From the NCBI GenBank assembly GCA_964608345.1, contig CAZSNG010000005.1, positions 6,261 to 70,260 of the forward strand: a stretch of 64,000 bases of DNA. The letters run 5' to 3'. Numbering within the stretch: position 1 is the stretch's first letter; each line of letters begins with the position of its first letter. Made by a program: the position numbers and the translations under genes. Positions 1 to 8,957 of this stretch are shown piece after piece. The notes under the pieces are model-generated. The model did no database searches. It was not told where the DNA came from and saw nothing but the letters and a program-made list of their open reading frames with translations. The stretch is from an uncultured Thermotogae bacterium (GTDB taxonomy: Bacteria; Bipolaricaulota; Bipolaricaulia; UBA7950; UBA9294).

Positions 1-153
1 CGCGGAAGACCTCCGCGGCCGTGCCGTCTGCGCTTGGCATTCTCACCCAGGCGATCAGCTGGTGCTACCGGCGAACCCGGTCTGGCCGAAGCATGTGGCT
101 GGCAGGTAGTATGAACATCGGCATACTCGCCGGGTCCGAAATGGAGTTGGCAG

Positions 154-879
154 ATGGCGCTAGATTTCGAGGAGCTCGATTTCCAGGAGACGCCGCTGGG
201 AGAGATCAGTCTTCGGCGCCGGGCGGACCCCCGCCTTGGCGGGGAAATCGTCTACGAGATACGGCTCGGTGACGAGTACCTCATGTCCAGTCTGTTCACT
301 ACCGGCGAGACGCAACTGGCGAAGCTCGGGCTCGCCGCGCTCGAAGGTGATGGGCTGGATATCGTGGTCGGTGGATTGGGTCTGGGCTACACGGCGGCTG
401 CGGCCCTGGAAGACCCATCCGTCAGGTCAGTTACTGTCATTGAGGTGATGAAGCCGGTGATCGACTGGCATCGACGGGGCCTCGTGCCGCTCGGAACTGC
501 AGTGGTGTCGGATCCTCGTTGTACGCTCGTTCACGGCGACTTCTTCGCATGGGCGTCATCCTCCGGTGGCGGGTCCGATCGACCAGATCCAACACGGCTG
601 GCTCACGCCGTACTGCTGGACATCGATCACTCCCCCAGCCATTGGCTCGCTCCGGAGAACCGCGCCTTCTACTCGGTTTCGGGGCTTCGGAGTCTGGCGG
701 AGAAGCTCCATCCCGGCGGCGTTTTCGGGCTGTGGTCCAACGATCCGCCGGATGCTCAGTTCACCCGCCTGCTCGATGGCGTGTTCGAGTCCTCGGAATC
801 TCATGTTGTGACCTTCCCGAACCCATACTCGGGCGATGAGTCGTCCTGCACGATCTACCTGGCGCACAAGGACAGGTAG
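154..879 (+). CDS. spermine/spermidine synthase-like aminopropyltransferase family protein
   Basis: 241-aa ORF. ATG at 154 with GGAG about 9 nt upstream. G-rich Rossmann-type motif DIVVGGLGLGYTAAAAL and DIDHSP segment typical of the spermidine-synthase-like fold. Family-level call only. Confidence 0.65.
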   Translation: MALDFEELDFQETPLGEISLRRRADPRLGGEIVYEIRLGDEYLMSSLFTTGETQLAKLGLAALEGDGLDIVVGGLGLGYTAAAALEDPSVRSVTVIEVMKPVIDWHRRGLVPLGTAVVSDPRCTLVHGDFFAWASSSGGGSDRPDPTRLAHAVLLDIDHSPSHWLAPENRAFYSVSGLRSLAEKLHPGGVFGLWSNDPPDAQFTRLLDGVFESSESHVVTFPNPYSGDESSCTIYLAHKDR

Positions 880-1044
880 CGGTCCTGAGGCCACGCATGT
901 TTGGGCCGGACCCTGCAACGAGGAGCTGAGGAACTCAAGGTTGCGAACCACGTTCCATGCTCGGATGGCCGCACGTGCAACCCGGGAATTCGGGAGCCGG
1001 AGCCCGGCCCTCGGGGTTCATCCATAACCGGCGAACGGCGCCAA

Positions 1045-2418
1045 TCAGATGGCGATGGTTTCCCCCAACTTGGCGATGTGCGGCTCGAACGACAGGTTCT
1101 CGCGGATCCGCTCGGCGAACCTGTCGAGCGTGTCGTCTTCACCGTGGACGAGGACGAGGCGGTCGGGGGACGCCTGGCGGATCCAGTCGAGCAGGATTGG
1201 CTGGTCGGCGTGGGAGGAGAACCCGTTCACGGTCCAGGTCTTGGCGGCGACGGCGATCTCCTCGCCGAAGATGCGGACCTTCTCCGCGCCGTCGACGATC
1301 TGGCGGCCGAGGGTGCCGACGGCTTGGTAGCCGACGAACAACACGCCGGACCGCTCGTGCCAGAGGTTGTGCCGGAGATGGTGGAGGATCCGGCCACCGG
1401 TGCACATCCCACTCCCGCCGATGATGATGTTCCCGCGTGACTTCCGGTTGATCTCCTTCGACTCCTCGGTCGCCTGGGTGTAGCGCAGTGGCGTGAAGCC
1501 GAACGGAGTCGAGTTCCCCGCGAAGACGCTTCGGCCCTCAGCGTCGAAGTACTCGGGATAGCGCGCGAAGACTCGTGTCGTCGAGATGGCGAGAGGGCTG
1601 TCGAGGAAGATCCTGCAGCGTGGCAGCTCATCCGTCTTCCACAGGAGGAACAACTCGTAGAGGACTTCCTGGGCTCGCTCCAGAGCGAAGGTCGGGATCA
1701 GTAGGTTGCCGTTGTTCGGGATGACGGTCGCGATCGCCTCCCGGAACTCGGCGACGGTGTCGTCCATCGAGCGGTGGGCACGATCCCCGTACGTCGACTC
1801 GACCAGCAGGACGTCGGCGTTCGGTGGAGGGGACGGATCTTTGACGATCGGTTGGTGGCGATTCCCGAGGTCGCCGCTGAACAGCAAGTTCCCGTTGGAG
1901 GTGCGAAGCTCGATCGCCGCTGAGCCGAGGATGTGACCGGCGTCATGGAAGACGCAAGAGGCGCGGTCGTTCAGCCGAACCGGCTCGCCGTAGCCGGCGA
2001 TCGGACGAAACAGATCCGCACACTGCAGAACGTCGGCCATGTCGTAGAGCGGCGGCTCGGCGACTTCACCGCGGCGGCGAGCCCTCCTGGCCCGACGCTC
2101 CGCATCCTCCATTTGGATGTGGGCGGAGTCGGCGAGCATGAGCTTCGCGATCTCCGCCGTCGGGGCCGTGCAGAGGATCTTCCCGGCGAATCCGCGTCGG
2201 ACGAGCAGGGGAAGCCGCCCGGCGTGATCGAGATGCGCATGCGACAAGAGGACCGCGTCGATCTCTTCCGGGGCAAACGGGAACGGCTCCCGATTGAGAT
2301 CGGCTCGGCTTCCCCCTTGGAAGAGACCGCAGTCCAGGAGAAGCCGAAGCCCATCGATTTCGACGAGATGGCAGGAGCCGGTCACCGTCTCGGCTGCTCC
2401 GCAGAACGTGATCTTCAT
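1045..2418 (-). CDS. MBL-fold beta-CASP RNA-metabolising metallo-hydrolase (RNase J/CPSF-like)
   Basis: ORF 1045..2439. HAHLDHAG zinc-binding motif plus downstream beta-CASP region. Start trimmed to MKITFCGAAE (rc ATG 2416-2418) preceded by GGAGGAGA. Confidence 0.8.
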   Translation of the reverse strand: MKITFCGAAETVTGSCHLVEIDGLRLLLDCGLFQGGSRADLNREPFPFAPEEIDAVLLSHAHLDHAGRLPLLVRRGFAGKILCTAPTAEIAKLMLADSAHIQMEDAERRARRARRRGEVAEPPLYDMADVLQCADLFRPIAGYGEPVRLNDRASCVFHDAGHILGSAAIELRTSNGNLLFSGDLGNRHQPIVKDPSPPPNADVLLVESTYGDRAHRSMDDTVAEFREAIATVIPNNGNLLIPTFALERAQEVLYELFLLWKTDELPRCRIFLDSPLAISTTRVFARYPEYFDAEGRSVFAGNSTPFGFTPLRYTQATEESKEINRKSRGNIIIGGSGMCTGGRILHHLRHNLWHERSGVLFVGYQAVGTLGRQIVDGAEKVRIFGEEIAVAAKTWTVNGFSSHADQPILLDWIRQASPDRLVLVHGEDDTLDRFAERIRENLSFEPHIAKLGETIAI

Positions 2419-2498
2419 TCGAGTCTCCTCCGACCGCACAGATGCACCATTCTATGCCTGCGCCCCGCTGCGGGAACAGGCGCTCGGCCCAATGAAGC

Positions 2499-3401
2499 TC
2501 ACCCGAGCGACGCGGTGCCATGCCGCGACCACGACGCGAGGCCGCCGCGGAGGAGCTCGATGCCCGACACGACGGAGAGCTTCCCTTCTTCGCCACGGTT
2601 GTAGATCGAGACGAGGGCGAAGGCGGCAACCTTCCCCGTCGCCATGACGGTGCCGATTGCGCGAACCGTCTGCTCGACGTCGGGGCCGTTCGGTTCCTTG
2701 GTCCCGTGACTGGGGACGAATCGCTCGTCGAGGATGTCGGCGTCGATGTGAAGGTAGATCGCATCGCAGCGCGTAGAGAGCCTGTCGACGGCGGTCGCAA
2801 GATCCTCGCCGGGGAAGCCGTTCGCCACGGCCGCGATCGTCGCATCGGTGGCGCGGATGAGGACCTCCTCCGCCGGGTCGAGGTTCCGCACGTCGACGAG
2901 GACGATCCGATCGGTTGGCAGCGGGGCGACGATGTGCGAGCGTTCCCGCCACGTCGGGTGCGTCAATCCCGCGCAGACCGCCACGGGCATGCCTCCGAGC
3001 ATCCCGGAGATCGAGGTGCGCGCCGTGTTGAAGTCGCCGTGCGCATCGAACCAGACGAGGCCGAGTCGCAGCTCGGGGCCGTGGGCATCCTGGAGCCCGC
3101 CGATCACACCCGTGATGTGGGTGCAATTGCCGCCGGTCATCAGGATCGATGCGCTCGATCGGCGTGCGTCGGCGACCGCGTCGGCGATTCGGCCGTTCAG
3201 CGTGCCGATGTCGGCGGCATCATCGCCTGTGCGCTCCTCGGGTGAGAGCCTCGGTTCGACGACCTCGAATGGGACCCCGGCGGCGCCGTAGACCCCTGGC
3301 GCCGCGTAGGCATCGAGACCACGTTCGTCGCCGGTGGCCGGATCGGCTCCCCGATATCGAATGCCGATGATCCGAAGCCGCTTGAGCTGCTGGTTCGTCA
3401 T
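2499..3401 (-). CDS. arginase/agmatinase/formiminoglutamase-family ureohydrolase
   Basis: ORF 2499..3476. Ureohydrolase Mn-site signatures GGNCTH, DAHGD and HIDADILD. Start trimmed to MTNQQ (rc ATG 3399-3401) with AGGAGA SD. Lies 31 nt downstream of the NUDIX-fold gene on the same strand. Confidence 0.75.
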   Translation of the reverse strand: MTNQQLKRLRIIGIRYRGADPATGDERGLDAYAAPGVYGAAGVPFEVVEPRLSPEERTGDDAADIGTLNGRIADAVADARRSSASILMTGGNCTHITGVIGGLQDAHGPELRLGLVWFDAHGDFNTARTSISGMLGGMPVAVCAGLTHPTWRERSHIVAPLPTDRIVLVDVRNLDPAEEVLIRATDATIAAVANGFPGEDLATAVDRLSTRCDAIYLHIDADILDERFVPSHGTKEPNGPDVEQTVRAIGTVMATGKVAAFALVSIYNRGEEGKLSVVSGIELLRGGLASWSRHGTASLG

Positions 3402-3432
3402 AGCTCTCCTCAGATCGCGCCCTGGCGATCGA

Positions 3433-3903
3433 CTACAGGATCCGATACGCGCCGTGCGGCCGATCGACCTCGGCAACGTACTTGCGCACCGCGGCCAGTC
3501 CCTCGATCAGACCTCGAAACGCGATCCGCTCGAGGCACTCTTCGGCGGTGAACCAGCCGAACTCGGAGTGCTCCCATGATAGGGCGACATCGATCGGGTC
3601 GGCGACCTCGGCGGCGAAGACGGGGACGAGTTCGAGGTTCTCGCGGCGCGTGCTGTAGAAGCTGTAGACATGTTCCGCGGCCCAGATCCCCGTCGGCTTC
3701 AGGCCGTACGCAGCGATCCAGCGCTGTGCCGCAGCAAGCAGCGTCTCTTCCCCCTCGGCGAATCCACCGGTGATCTGCCAGAAGCAGTCCCCGAAGAACC
3801 ACTTGTCGGCCTTCTCCTGCGATGTGTGCAGAAGGAGGTACTTCGGCGCGTCATCCCGCTTGTGGAAGGTCCACACGTCGACGGCGTTCGTTCGAAGCTC
3901 CAT
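3433..3903 (-). CDS. NUDIX-fold protein with degenerate Nudix box
   Basis: 156 aa. Segment ITGGFAEGEETLLAAAQRWIAAYGL aligns to the Nudix box GX5EX7REUXEEXGU, but the RE..EE glutamates are replaced (QRWIAA). GGGAG SD 5 nt before the ATG (rc 3901-3903). Confidence 0.65.
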   Translation of the reverse strand: MELRTNAVDVWTFHKRDDAPKYLLLHTSQEKADKWFFGDCFWQITGGFAEGEETLLAAAQRWIAAYGLKPTGIWAAEHVYSFYSTRRENLELVPVFAAEVADPIDVALSWEHSEFGWFTAEECLERIAFRGLIEGLAAVRKYVAEVDRPHGAYRIL

Positions 3904-4014
3904 GGTTCTCCCTTCTCGAAACTGGCGATTGGATGGGGAGTCTAGCCGTGCGTGGCGGTGCGTTCAACGGTGTGCCTGCGAAACGATCGCGAGAAACGGA
4001 GATGTAGGCGGCGG

Positions 4015-5778
4015 CTACTCGTGCTCCAGGCGGTCCCTCGCGATCGCGAGGGCGTCGCGGAGGAGACCGGCGGATACGTCGCCGACGGGGGATGGTGTCT
4101 CGAAGATCCGTTCAGGCAGGTGGAGCGCGGTGACGTCGAAGCCTTCCCGGATCTTGAACGCGTGCTTGCGCCGGAGCGTCTCGGCGCCGAGCTTCGCCAG
4201 CCGCTCGGCATTCGCCTCGATTCCGAGGGAGGCGAGCGCCTCAGTGATGAGCTCCGGGGTGTAGATGCCTCGGGCGAAGAAGCAGACGACGAGACTCGAT
4301 AGCACCTGCCGCCACTGCTCCTCTTCGAGCAACGCATCGACGAGATCCTCTGCGCTAGGCATCGCGCCCGTCGCGGCGGCGCGTTGATCGAGGCTGTAGC
4401 CGGCGGAGTCGAGGTGGCTGTGGCGAGCCCCTGTGAGGAAGCCGAGGTGGCATGCGGGTCCGGTGTGATACCCGGGCATCTCATTGCCGCCGAACGCGAG
4501 GGCGAACTCCGAGCCGCCGTAGATCGAGGCAACGTGATCGACGCCTCGGGCCATCGCCCCATACAGATCGGTTGGCTGAGAGACGAGCCTGCGAACAGCG
4601 TCTGCGTACGCGTCGGCAGCGCCCCAGACGAGCGACACTCCGTCCAGGTCAGCGGTGGAGAGCAGCCCGCGCTCGCTTGCCTCGGTCGCCCACGCGAGGA
4701 CAACGCCGGTCGACATCACGTCGAGGCCCTGGATCTCGACCTCATCCATCAGCCGAAGCATCGCCTCCGGATCGTCGACGCCGAGCAGGCTGCCGAGGGC
4801 GAAGATCGGCTCGTAGTCGTAGCCGAGCATCGACGTCTTGTAGAAGTACGGCTCCTTCGGGTGCGGTGTCCGGAGTGCGGCGAGGTGGATGCAGGCGACG
4901 GGGCAGTGGGCGCAGGCGAGGCGTCGCCCGAGGAACCGCTCCGCCATCGCCTCACCGGAGACCGACTCCGCCCCTTCGAACCGCCCCGACGTCAGGTTAC
5001 GCGTCGGCAATGCCCCGAGTTCGTTCAGTGGCAGGACGTTCATCGGCGTGCCGAGATCGTGGTACTTGCGCATCGCGTCGGACTGCGTCGCTGAAGCGTA
5101 GACGGAGTCGTAAGCCTGTCGATACGCTCGAGGTTCTGCGACGGGCAACGTCCGCCGTCCGACGATGACGATGCCTTTCAGGCGCTTGCTGCCGAAGACT
5201 GCACCCAGTCCGAGTCGTCCGAAGTGGCGATACGTCTCGGTGATGACGCACGCGTACGATACCTGCCGCTCGCCGGCGGGCCCGATGCGGAGAATCGAGC
5301 GGTGGCCCGAGCCGGACTCGCGATCCCTGAGGACGGTGCCGACGGTGTAGCTGCTGCGGAGCCCCCACAGGGCCGCCGCATCGCGGAACGAGACAGCGTC
5401 ATCTTCGACGACGAGGTAGACGGGCGTCTGCGACGCCCCGCGGATGACGATCGCCCCGTACCCCGCCATCCGGATCGAGACGGCGCTCCGTCCGCCGGCG
5501 TGGCTCTCGCCGAGGTTGCCGGTATGCGGCGACTTGAACAGCGCCACCGTCTTCGACGCGAGCGGATACAGGCCGACCAGCGGGCCCACGGCGAGAACGA
5601 TCGGGTTGTCCGGCCCGAGCGGATCGGCCCCGGGCGGGCAGTGCTCTTCGAGAAGTCGAATCCCCACCCCGGCGCCGCCGAGCGCGCTGTCGAACAGGTC
5701 GGGCCGCTCCTCGATCTCGAACCGCGCAGTCGTCAGATCGATGTGCAGAACGCGACGCAGTGGGTCACTCGGGTGCAC
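4015..5778 (-). CDS. aor: tungsten-type aldehyde:ferredoxin oxidoreductase (AOR family)
   Basis: 587 aa with AFOR N/C-domain architecture. Cys cluster CAHCPVACIH for the 4Fe-4S site. GTG start (rc cac 5776-5778) after GGGGGAA. Overlaps the upstream ferredoxin gene by 14 nt (operon). Confidence 0.85.
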   Translation of the reverse strand: MHPSDPLRRVLHIDLTTARFEIEERPDLFDSALGGAGVGIRLLEEHCPPGADPLGPDNPIVLAVGPLVGLYPLASKTVALFKSPHTGNLGESHAGGRSAVSIRMAGYGAIVIRGASQTPVYLVVEDDAVSFRDAAALWGLRSSYTVGTVLRDRESGSGHRSILRIGPAGERQVSYACVITETYRHFGRLGLGAVFGSKRLKGIVIVGRRTLPVAEPRAYRQAYDSVYASATQSDAMRKYHDLGTPMNVLPLNELGALPTRNLTSGRFEGAESVSGEAMAERFLGRRLACAHCPVACIHLAALRTPHPKEPYFYKTSMLGYDYEPIFALGSLLGVDDPEAMLRLMDEVEIQGLDVMSTGVVLAWATEASERGLLSTADLDGVSLVWGAADAYADAVRRLVSQPTDLYGAMARGVDHVASIYGGSEFALAFGGNEMPGYHTGPACHLGFLTGARHSHLDSAGYSLDQRAAATGAMPSAEDLVDALLEEEQWRQVLSSLVVCFFARGIYTPELITEALASLGIEANAERLAKLGAETLRRKHAFKIREGFDVTALHLPERIFETPSPVGDVSAGLLRDALAIARDRLEHE

Positions 5779-6190
5779 GGTTCCCCCGATCGATCTCCTC
5801 GTGCGCCAGCACGTCGTGCGGGCAGTACGCGGCGCAGATGCCGCAGTAGACGCAGATCAGGGGTTGCGATGAGTCATCGTCCCAGAAGACGGCGCCGAAC
5901 GGACAGGCGTCGCGGCAGGCGCCGCACGATGTGCACGCGTCGGCCCGGAACGTGACGCCGCCGCCCTCACGCGGCGTCAGCGCCTCGGTCGGGCAGGCGC
6001 GAGCACACGGCGGATCGTCGCAGGCGCGGCAGACAATGACGACGAAGCCCTTCCGCATGCCGCCGGCGGAGCGGACACCGATCCGCGACACGCCGATCCC
6101 GCCGACGCCGTTGCGCCGGCTACAGGCGAACATGCAGAGCTGACAGCCGACGCACCGATCGACATCGACAACCGCGAGCCGCTTGACCAT
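5765..6190 (-). CDS. polyferredoxin-like 4x[4Fe-4S] protein, probable AOR electron-transfer partner
   Basis: Four CxxCxxCxxxCP motifs (CVGCQLCMFAC, CRACDDPPCARACP, CTSCGACRDACP, CVYCGICAAYCP). Start is either ATG 6205 or ATG 6190 (MVKRL, GGGGG upstream); 6190 preferred. Confidence 0.75.
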   Translation of the reverse strand: MVKRLAVVDVDRCVGCQLCMFACSRRNGVGGIGVSRIGVRSAGGMRKGFVVIVCRACDDPPCARACPTEALTPREGGGVTFRADACTSCGACRDACPFGAVFWDDDSSQPLICVYCGICAAYCPHDVLAHEEIDRGNRAPE

Positions 6191-6394
6191 GGATTCCCCC
6201 CGCATGCACTGTACGAGGCGCTCCCCCGAGAGGGCAACCCCTCGAGCGGAGCCGCTGGTCCCCGGCTAGTGCGTCGTGAGGAGAACGAGGATGTCGCGCC
6301 GCTTTGGCACGAGACATGTGGTGCGGCGCGGACACGGACGGAGCCAATCGTTCCGGAGCTCCGTTCGTGTGGTGGAACGGGTCGCGAGCTTGGC

Positions 6395-8266
6395 TTAGTG
6401 CGCCGTCAGCAGCACCAGGATGACTCCCTGGGACTCGTTCATCGATTCGAGTGCCTTGCCGATCAACGCGCACGGGCACGGGGCATGCCCAGGCCAGCGC
6501 ATTGCGCGTCCGGGCGTAGAGGAGGACACGAGCAGGTCGCCGGGGCGGATCGGGCCGCCCTCGTTCGTGACCTTGACCGGCACGATTCCGGCGAGAGCGA
6601 GCCGTGCGCTTCGCGAACCGCTCCCGCCGAGAGCGATCCCCGGTGCGGTGGAGACGACCCCGGCGGCCAGGGACGAACACGCCGTCCGCGAGAGGCGGTA
6701 CGCAAGGGACGCGGTCGGATCGAGTTCGAGAACGTCGCCCGGCCCGACCGGCTCCGATGCGCGTATCCACTCGGCGACATCGGCCGCTCCGGTCGCGAAC
6801 GCGGCGGCGTAGAAGGTCGCGTCGGCGAGCACCGTTCCGGAGATGTCGACGCGGAACGTCGCCGCGGTCGGCGAGACGACCGCGACCTCCACGGGGTCGG
6901 CCGGGCTGTCAGTTGCGTTGGAGTCGGTCACGATGAGGTCGAGGTCGTGCGTTCCGACTGTCAGATTGACCAGGGGCGTCACGGTCGATGCGATCTCGGT
7001 CGCCCCCTCCTTCCATGAGTAGGCGGAGAGCGAGCCATCGGGATCGTAGGAGCCCGTCCCGTCGAGATCGACCGGCTCCGTCCCCCAGCCGCCGGCCGCC
7101 GTATCCACGATGTACAGGTCCGCCCCGGCATCGGCGATCGGCGGATGGTTGTACGTCGCGTATTTCAGAGAACCGTTCGTCACGTTCGGATCGTAGTACG
7201 CGATGTACGACGACGCGCCGAGAACGAGGGAAGGTGCGCACGGCGCCTGACCGTCCATCGTCTCGATGGTTTCGGGATGCCACGCAGATCCGTCGTACCA
7301 CGTGTGCTTCAGACTGCTCTCGTCCGCCGTCGGGTTGTAGACGATGTAGGCGATGTGTGGTCGGTTCATCCCGTCCAGCGCGAGGGACGTGAACAGGCAG
7401 AAGTTCGGGTTCGAGAGATCGTCCACGACGGCAGTATGCCAGTCGCTGCCGTCGTACCACGCGCGCTTCAGGTCCCAGGAGCCGTAGCTAATCTGCGGGA
7501 GGCCGGAGGATCCCGCCGCGACGGACGGGCTCATCCCGCTGAAGCCGTCCCCCTGCTCGACGATCCGGTGGTTCCACGTCGAGCCGTCATGGTGGGAGTA
7601 GCGCACGCCGCAGTCGGTACCGTCCCCGAAGCGATAGGCGATGTGTGGGTGACGCCCCGCATCGATGTCGAGGGAACAGCCGGTTACCCAATCGAACGTC
7701 GTAACGAGGGTCTGGGTTATCCACGTCCCCGTATTCCACTTGTAGTGCAGGCTTGAGTCGCTGTTCGCCGTGTACGCGATGTGCGGGCGGTCGAGCGTGT
7801 CAACGTCGATCGACGTCGAGGTCACGGTGACGGAGATCGTCACGACGTTGCTGTCCCACGTACCGTTTCGCCAGGCGTAGTCGAGCGCGTCGGTCGAGTC
7901 GTTGTAGTGGCTGACGAACGGATTGCCGCTCGAGTCAAGCACCATCGAGCAGTGCTGGCCGACGTTCCCAGAGGAGATGGCGGTCTCCACAAGCCCGCCG
8001 ATGCCGGTTCGGTAGTAGTACATCAGGTCGTAGGAACTCGTTCTCAGGAAGGCGACCCGCAGGTAGCCGGACGAGTTGACGGCGGCCGACGGGTGCATCC
8101 CCTCGTTGATCGGGCTCGATTCGTTGATCGTGATGATGCTCCATGCCGCCGTCACCGACAGGGGTGGACCACACAGAGTGATCGCGATGCACACGCAGAT
8201 GACAAGGAACAGCGGTCGGATGGACAACGGACGGACGGTTCGTGGACCTCGGGTCGGACACATCAT
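6395..8266 (-). CDS. secreted BNR/Asp-box-like repeat beta-propeller protein with conserved ~120-aa C-terminal domain
   Basis: ORF 6395..8305. Start trimmed to MMCPTRG (GGAGGTG SD), exposing a hydrophobic signal peptide. Repeated units PHIAY...W(Y/N)xG(S/T)xW and SHHDGSTW. C-terminal ~120 aa (FYAAAF...AGIVPVKV...PGDLLVSSSTPG...GVILVLLTAH) is paralogous to the C-terminus of the neighbouring gene. Confidence 0.6.
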   Translation of the reverse strand: MMCPTRGPRTVRPLSIRPLFLVICVCIAITLCGPPLSVTAAWSIITINESSPINEGMHPSAAVNSSGYLRVAFLRTSSYDLMYYYRTGIGGLVETAISSGNVGQHCSMVLDSSGNPFVSHYNDSTDALDYAWRNGTWDSNVVTISVTVTSTSIDVDTLDRPHIAYTANSDSSLHYKWNTGTWITQTLVTTFDWVTGCSLDIDAGRHPHIAYRFGDGTDCGVRYSHHDGSTWNHRIVEQGDGFSGMSPSVAAGSSGLPQISYGSWDLKRAWYDGSDWHTAVVDDLSNPNFCLFTSLALDGMNRPHIAYIVYNPTADESSLKHTWYDGSAWHPETIETMDGQAPCAPSLVLGASSYIAYYDPNVTNGSLKYATYNHPPIADAGADLYIVDTAAGGWGTEPVDLDGTGSYDPDGSLSAYSWKEGATEIASTVTPLVNLTVGTHDLDLIVTDSNATDSPADPVEVAVVSPTAATFRVDISGTVLADATFYAAAFATGAADVAEWIRASEPVGPGDVLELDPTASLAYRLSRTACSSLAAGVVSTAPGIALGGSGSRSARLALAGIVPVKVTNEGGPIRPGDLLVSSSTPGRAMRWPGHAPCPCALIGKALESMNESQGVILVLLTAH

Positions 8267-8462
8267 GCCCACCTCCACTGCGGATTCGTACAGACAGAGG
8301 GACATGGGAAGCGTCGATTGCGGCGCCTACAGCGTCGCAGATATCGGAACCAATTAGCCTGTCTGATCACCGTACCGCGGATGGCTGTTCGCCGTCAACT
8401 CCTGGGACGTGCCGACAACCAGCAAAGCGAGCCGGTGCATCGACGGGCCCGTGGGACGGCGC

Positions 8463-8957
8463 CTAGTGCGCGGTGAGGAGGACGAGAATGACCCCGCGAT
8501 CGCCCTCCAGCGGCTCGAGCGCCTTCCCGACGAACGCACCTTCGGAGCCGCCGTCCGGTTTCCGCATCGCGTGTCCGGGCGTGGACGAAACCACGAGAAG
8601 ATCCCCCGGCAGGATGGGACCGCCTTCCCGCGTGACCTTCACGGGCACGATGCCCGCCAGCGCCAGGAGCGCTCGACGCGACTGAGACAGGTTGGCCCCG
8701 AGGATGACGCCCGGTTCGGTGGAGACGACCCCCGCAACGAGGGAGGAGCTGGATCGGGAAGCGAGACAGTAGCAGCTCGGCTCCGTCGGATCATGAGCGA
8801 GAACGTCACCCGGCTCGACCGGTTCGGACACCTCGACCCACTCGGCGATGTCGGCGGACCCGACCGTGAACGCGGCCGCGTAGAAGGTGTCGTCGCAGGC
8901 GACATCGCCGCGCGTCGTGACGACGAAGGCGGCGGGCGACGAGAGCATCGTGAGCAC
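8463..8957 (-). CDS. out-of-frame C-terminal part of the TolB-like gene (conserved C-terminal domain)
   Basis: The reading frame of this 164-aa ORF continues upstream of its first M as SPDGTRIAYDDGAAIVL (TolB/PD40-like repeat). The C-terminus FYAAAF...AGIVPVKVTREGGPILPGDLLVVSSTPGHAMR...GVILVLLTAH matches the 6395..8266 C-terminus. Confidence 0.45.
   Translation of the reverse strand: MLTMLSSPAAFVVTTRGDVACDDTFYAAAFTVGSADIAEWVEVSEPVEPGDVLAHDPTEPSCYCLASRSSSSLVAGVVSTEPGVILGANLSQSRRALLALAGIVPVKVTREGGPILPGDLLVVSSTPGHAMRKPDGGSEGAFVGKALEPLEGDRGVILVLLTAH

Noticed and set aside
1-153. Possible gene end or ORF (21..272) at the window start
   Set aside because: ORF 21..272 is in a different frame from, and overlaps, the well-supported 154..879 gene. 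Translation is low-complexity. The first 150 nt are probably the 3' flank of an upstream gene not visible here.
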